Assembly: GCA_026396675.1 (NCBI GenBank)
Contig: JAPLWI010000008.1
Location: forward strand, 42,883-106,882
Reading direction: 5' to 3'
Origin: Candidatus Kaiserbacteria bacterium
GTDB taxonomy: Bacteria; Patescibacteriota; Minisyncoccia; Phycocordibacterales; Phycocordibacteraceae
DNA length: 64,000 nt
Shown piece after piece: positions 59,841-64,000 of this stretch (positions are counted from its first letter, which is position 1; the number at the start of each line of letters is the position of its first letter). The notes under the pieces were generated by a model. It did no database searches, was not told the origin of the DNA, and was given only the letters and a program-made list of their open reading frames with translations. The position numbers were made by a program, and so were the translations under genes.

Positions 59841-60524
59841 ATGCATACTCTGTCTATCCGAGAGAGAGCTCTGGCGTTAAGAAAGAGCGGTTTTTCTTAT
59901 ACATACATTTCATCTAAAACGGGGCTCTCAAAAAGTACTTTGAGTGGATGGCTCACGGAAATACCCTATACTCCCAACAAAGAAACAATAGCCGCATTCG
60001 GCAAAGCAAGAGCCGCAGCCAGTGCTCGTCGAGCTGAGTTGCGGCAAAAATCAATCCAAGAAATCAGAAAAACGGCGACCAAAGACATCGGGGAAGTAAG
60101 CAAAAGAGATCTTTTTGTGTTTGGGCTAGGTCTCTATTTGGGAGAAGGGTGCAAGTCAAATGGACAGGTTCGTGTAGTAAATTCAGATCCGAGTATCATC
60201 CAAGCTGCTATTACATGGTTCAAGATGCTCGGTGTAAGAAAAGACCAAATTAAGATTCGCTTGCATTTATATCCGGATAACAACATCCGGCAATGTTTGC
60301 AATTTTGGTCTCGTACTACTAGCATTCCATTATCCCAATTCCAAAAGCCCCAGATCGACAATCGTGTCGGTAAAAAAGCGAAAAAAATGCGTAAACTTCC
60401 TTTTGGTACCGTACAACTGGTTGTTCTGAGCAGGGGACGAAAGGAATATGGGGTTCTCTTCTTCCGGAAAATTCAACTCTGGAATGAAGTGGTTCTGTCG
60501 GAAATTAGAGCGGGCGTGGTCTAA
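59841..60524 (+). CDS. HTH plus LAGLIDADG-like domain protein
   Basis: ALALRKSGFSY..I....GLSKSTLS.W HTH; GLYLGEG..S...V..NSDP helix. Confidence 0.65.
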   Translation: MHTLSIRERALALRKSGFSYTYISSKTGLSKSTLSGWLTEIPYTPNKETIAAFGKARAAASARRAELRQKSIQEIRKTATKDIGEVSKRDLFVFGLGLYLGEGCKSNGQVRVVNSDPSIIQAAITWFKMLGVRKDQIKIRLHLYPDNNIRQCLQFWSRTTSIPLSQFQKPQIDNRVGKKAKKMRKLPFGTVQLVVLSRGRKEYGVLFFRKIQLWNEVVLSEIRAGVV

Positions 60525-60581
60525 CGGCTATGACGGCTGCCTTCCAAGCAGTCAGCGCGGGTTCGACTCCCGCCGCCCGCA
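60510..60581 (+). tRNA. tRNA-Gly(TCC)
   Basis: CTGC-CTTCCAA-GCAG; GGTTCGACTCC; acceptor GCGGGCG/CGCCCGC. Confidence 0.9.
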
Positions 60582-60652
60582 CAAATTGATTTTTTATAAA
60601 GAAAGAGTATTCTTCCGCCAGAAGTTCAAATTGAAAGAAAGGAGGCAACAAA

Positions 60653-60904
60653 ATGGACGATGATAGAATCATAGAAATGAAGGTGGTTAAAGTTAAAGAC
60701 GGCGATTTTGCTGGTTCAGAAATGCTTATTAAGCCTATTGCCGTAGGAAAGGTGGTTCGTGACTTATCTAACGTATTCTATAGCAATAGTATCCCTCCGC
60801 CGCCGAAGGAGGAATTAGTTAAATTGGTAGAAATGGCAGTCGATCAACAGAATCGGTGTTCCGATGATGTAGCAACATTCTGCGGTATGAAAAAAGATGG
60901 ATAG
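60653..60904 (+). CDS. Small hypothetical protein
   Basis: AAGGAGG SD; terminator at 60926-60956. Confidence 0.6.
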   Translation: MDDDRIIEMKVVKVKDGDFAGSEMLIKPIAVGKVVRDLSNVFYSNSIPPPPKEELVKLVEMAVDQQNRCSDDVATFCGMKKDG

Positions 60905-60977
60905 ATTCTGACTGATTGTCGGATGAGGCGCGGGATCCAATCCTGCGCCTTTTTTGATTCGGGAGTACCATATCCTT

Positions 60978-62123
60978 ATGGAGCCACTTGCCGCACAAAT
61001 ACGACCCGTAAAGATAGAAGATGTCGTTGGTCAGGAACACCTTGTGGGAGAAGGAAAGCCCTTGCGCGTTGCGGTAGAGAAGAAACACAAATTTTCTTTT
61101 ATTCTCTGGGGACCGCCCGGGACAGGAAAGACGACCATCGCGCGCATTTACGCGCGCGCGCTTGATGCGGAACTTTTTGAACTCTCAGCGGTCTCTGCCG
61201 GGAAGGACGACATTCGTAAAATCATAGAGAAAAAAGTTGAGAGACAAAAAGTTTTATTTTTGGATGAGATTCATCGATTTAATAAAGCGCAACAGGATTT
61301 TCTTTTGCCCTATGTTGAAAGCGGAGAATTAACGCTTGTCGGCGCGACGACCGAAAATCCATCGTTTGAAATTATTGCGCCGCTTCTCTCGCGTTGCCGC
61401 GTCTTCGTGCTTGAACCACTCTCTGAAGAAGCTCTGCGAATAATAGTGAAGAGTACGAAATTAAAAATAAACAAAGACGCCTTCGACTGGCTCTTGGGCT
61501 ACGCGAGCGGAGACGCGCGCAAGGCGCTTGGAATGATAGAGGGCGCGCAGAGTTTATATGGGAAAATAACAGCCGATACGTTAAACAGGGCGCTAGAATC
61601 GCCGCACCTGCGCTACGACAAAAAAGGCGAAGAACATTACGACACCATTAGTGCATTTATTAAAAGCATGCGCGCTTCGCAACCAGATGCCGCGCTGTAT
61701 TATCTCGCACGAATGGTTGAGGCAGGAGAGGACCCGCTTTTTATTGCACGGCGAATGGTTATATTTGCTTCAGAAGATGTAGGCCTCGCGCAACCGACAG
61801 CGTTAGTTGTCGCAAATGCAGTTTTCCGTGCATGCGAAACCATTGGCTATCCAGAATGTTCCATCAATCTCGCACATGGCGTCGCCTATCTCGCGCAAGC
61901 GAAGAAAAATCGCTCTGCTTATGATGCGTTACGAGCCGCGCAAAAAGATGTTCGCGATTATGGCAATCTACCTATACCGAAAAAGATTCGAAATCCGGAG
62001 ACAAAATTGATGAAAGAACTTGATTATGGGAAAGGGTACGAAAAGTACGATACTGAAAGTTATTTACCAGATAAATTGAAGAAAAAGAAATATCTGATAC
62101 CATCTACAAATGAGAAAGTGTGA
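60978..62123 (+). CDS. rarA: Replication-associated recombination protein A (MgsA)
   Basis: [36 protein letters not shown]. Confidence 0.95.
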   Translation: MEPLAAQIRPVKIEDVVGQEHLVGEGKPLRVAVEKKHKFSFILWGPPGTGKTTIARIYARALDAELFELSAVSAGKDDIRKIIEKKVERQKVLFLDEIHRFNKAQQDFLLPYVESGELTLVGATTENPSFEIIAPLLSRCRVFVLEPLSEEALRIIVKSTKLKINKDAFDWLLGYASGDARKALGMIEGAQSLYGKITADTLNRALESPHLRYDKKGEEHYDTISAFIKSMRASQPDAALYYLARMVEAGEDPLFIARRMVIFASEDVGLAQPTALVVANAVFRACETIGYPECSINLAHGVAYLAQAKKNRSAYDALRAAQKDVRDYGNLPIPKKIRNPETKLMKELDYGKGYEKYDTESYLPDKLKKKKYLIPSTNEKV

Positions 62124-63612
62124 TGACTTTTTTGAGCATTTGAAGAAACAGGACCTTGCTGTGACCTACGATGAGGTGCGGCTGAAAACAGGGCTTTCAA
62201 AGGTAATGCCAAGTGACGTGTCGCTCGGTAGCTTTTTTTCGCGAAATGTCCCGCTTAAAATCCCAATTGTGAGCGCCGCGATGGACACAGTGACCGAGAG
62301 CAAAATGGCGATTGCTCTGGCAAAACTCGGCGGCATTGGTGTCATTCATAGGAATCTCACGCCAAAACAACAGAGTGAAGAAGCTCAACGAGTGAAATTT
62401 CATTTGTCGGGTATTATCGCAAAACCAATAACTGTTCTTGAGCGTATGACAATGGGTGAAGTGGAAACAATGCGTAAGGAACGCAATTTTTCTTTTTACA
62501 GTTTCCCTGTCATTAATTCGAATGGGAAGTTGGTCGGATTATTGACTGAAAACGATTTTGATTTTTGCGGGGACTTCTCTCAACCAGTGTCGAAAATTAT
62601 GACGCGTGCGCTTACTGTCGCTTCTCCAAGCATTTCTATGAATGGCGCATATGACAGGATGAAGAAGGAAAAGAAGAAAGTGCTCCCGCTTATAAATAGT
62701 GATGGAACACTTGCAGGACTTTACCTCTTTACCGACTTGAAGCGAATACTTTTGGGACAGTCAAAAATGTATAATGTGGACAAAAATGGACGGCTACGAG
62801 TCGCTGCGGCGATCGGCACCGGCGAAGAAGAAATGGAACGACTGCAGGAAATCGCAGATTATGTAGATGCTGTGGTTATTGATACAGCACACGGTGATTC
62901 TGATCCTGTTTTCCGAATGTTGAAAGCCATCAAGAAAAAATATGACTTAGACGTCGTAGCTGGGAATATCTCTGAGGGCGATTCGGCCAGGCGGCTCGTG
63001 AAGGCCGGTGTGGACGGAATCAAGGTAGGCCAAGGCCCTGGATCAATTTGTACGACGCGTATTGTCGCTGGTATTGGCTGCCCGCAAGTAACGGCAATCT
63101 ATTCAGTATCAAAAGCAATTGAGGGTACTAACATTCCTGTTTGTGCTGACGGTGGTATCGAAAACTCAGGCAGTATCCCGATCGCAATCGGTGCCGGAGC
63201 TCATTCTGTTATGTTGGGGAAATTATTAGCTGGTACGACAGAAGCACCGGGAGAAGTTGATTTCCAATTTGGTAGTCCGATGAAATATTATCGCGGGATG
63301 GGGTCATTGTCTGCGCTAGAATCAAGCCGCGCTTCACGCGAACGTTATCGGCAAAGTGATGGAGGAGGGAACACGCTTGTACCAGAAGGAGTTGAAGCGG
63401 CCGTTCCGTATACCGGAGATCTTTCAACAATAATGCATCAATATATCGGAGGGCTTCAGAAGGGAATGGGATATGTGGGAGCGGCGACTATCCCAGAGCT
63501 CCGGAAGAAAGCTGATTTCTGGCGTATTACAAGCACTGGTATGAAAGAATCGCACCCTCATGGCGTACGTATTATGCGTGACGCGCCAAATTATAAAAGG
63601 GATAGTGATTAA
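62110..63612 (+). CDS. guaB: IMP dehydrogenase (with CBS domains)
   Basis: SAAMDTVTE, GPGSICTTR, ADGGI, YRGMGS, VPEGVE. Confidence 0.93.
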   Translation: MRKCDDFFEHLKKQDLAVTYDEVRLKTGLSKVMPSDVSLGSFFSRNVPLKIPIVSAAMDTVTESKMAIALAKLGGIGVIHRNLTPKQQSEEAQRVKFHLSGIIAKPITVLERMTMGEVETMRKERNFSFYSFPVINSNGKLVGLLTENDFDFCGDFSQPVSKIMTRALTVASPSISMNGAYDRMKKEKKKVLPLINSDGTLAGLYLFTDLKRILLGQSKMYNVDKNGRLRVAAAIGTGEEEMERLQEIADYVDAVVIDTAHGDSDPVFRMLKAIKKKYDLDVVAGNISEGDSARRLVKAGVDGIKVGQGPGSICTTRIVAGIGCPQVTAIYSVSKAIEGTNIPVCADGGIENSGSIPIAIGAGAHSVMLGKLLAGTTEAPGEVDFQFGSPMKYYRGMGSLSALESSRASRERYRQSDGGGNTLVPEGVEAAVPYTGDLSTIMHQYIGGLQKGMGYVGAATIPELRKKADFWRITSTGMKESHPHGVRIMRDAPNYKRDSD

Positions 63613-63647
63613 AAAACGCGAGCCGCCAGAGGCGGCTCGCGTTTTTT
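63611..63647. terminator. Bidirectional terminator
   Basis: AAAAAACGCGAGCCGCC-AGA-GGCGGCTCGCGTTTTTT. Confidence 0.8.
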
Positions 63648-63656
63648 ATTTCTCTC

Positions 63657-63929
63657 TTATTTCACCGCATCCTTAAGCGCCTTTGCAGGGCGGAACTTCG
63701 CTGTGCGGGATGCCGCGATGCGAATCGTCTCGCCAGTGCGAGGATTGCGACCCTCGCGTGCTGGACGTGCCTTCGTCGCGAAGATGCCAAGACCTGCGAT
63801 TGACACTTCGTCGCCTGCCTTAAGGCCGGAAACGATAGAACTAATGACGGTCTCAACCGCGCGTTCAGCATCGGCTTTTGTAGATCCGAGAACTCCGTGC
63901 ACCTTGTCAATGATATCTGCTTTATTCAT
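63657..63929 (-). CDS. hup: DNA-binding protein HU
   Basis: MNKADII...GLGIF....RPAREGRNPRTGE.I.I. Confidence 0.96.
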   Translation of the reverse strand: MNKADIIDKVHGVLGSTKADAERAVETVISSIVSGLKAGDEVSIAGLGIFATKARPAREGRNPRTGETIRIAASRTAKFRPAKALKDAVK

Positions 63930-64000
63930 GAGTATCTGCTAATTGCTAATCCCACGGCCTAAGCAGGGTGGGCATAGGGGGAAGTATAGGAAATGCGCCA

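Overview
A 64-kb core-chromosome segment from a Patescibacteria (CPR) bacterium, most likely Parcubacteria/Paceibacteria. This is inferred from the lack of rpmD in the spc operon, CPR-type protein families and SD-less housekeeping genes; the genetic code is 11. Core content: groEL/ES, secG, rnj, nth, infC-rpmI-rplT, the fused str-S10-spc ribosomal cluster to secY-adk-map, rsmA, pcrA, comM, rpsO, a Xer-like recombinase, xth, a CCA-adding enzyme, four tRNAs, rarA, guaB and hup. The main unexplained structure is a 'tail-replacement' pattern. Small cargo genes with no integrase of their own (TA pairs, a regulator, orphans) sit directly behind conserved genes (fusA, xer) and are followed by a leftover, synonymously recoded copy of that gene's 3' end; at xer a third fragment suggests repeated capture at one site. 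Other observations: about nine self-contained promoter-SD-ORF-terminator mini-cassettes (one resembles a DGR target), many palindromic micro-repeats inserted in frame in essential proteins, a 60-nt covarying repeat, a compact 6S-like RNA, a parS-like cluster inside the cca gene, widespread leaderless gene starts, an in-frame TGA in infC and a probable ATT start. All calls come from reading the sequence; no database searches were run.
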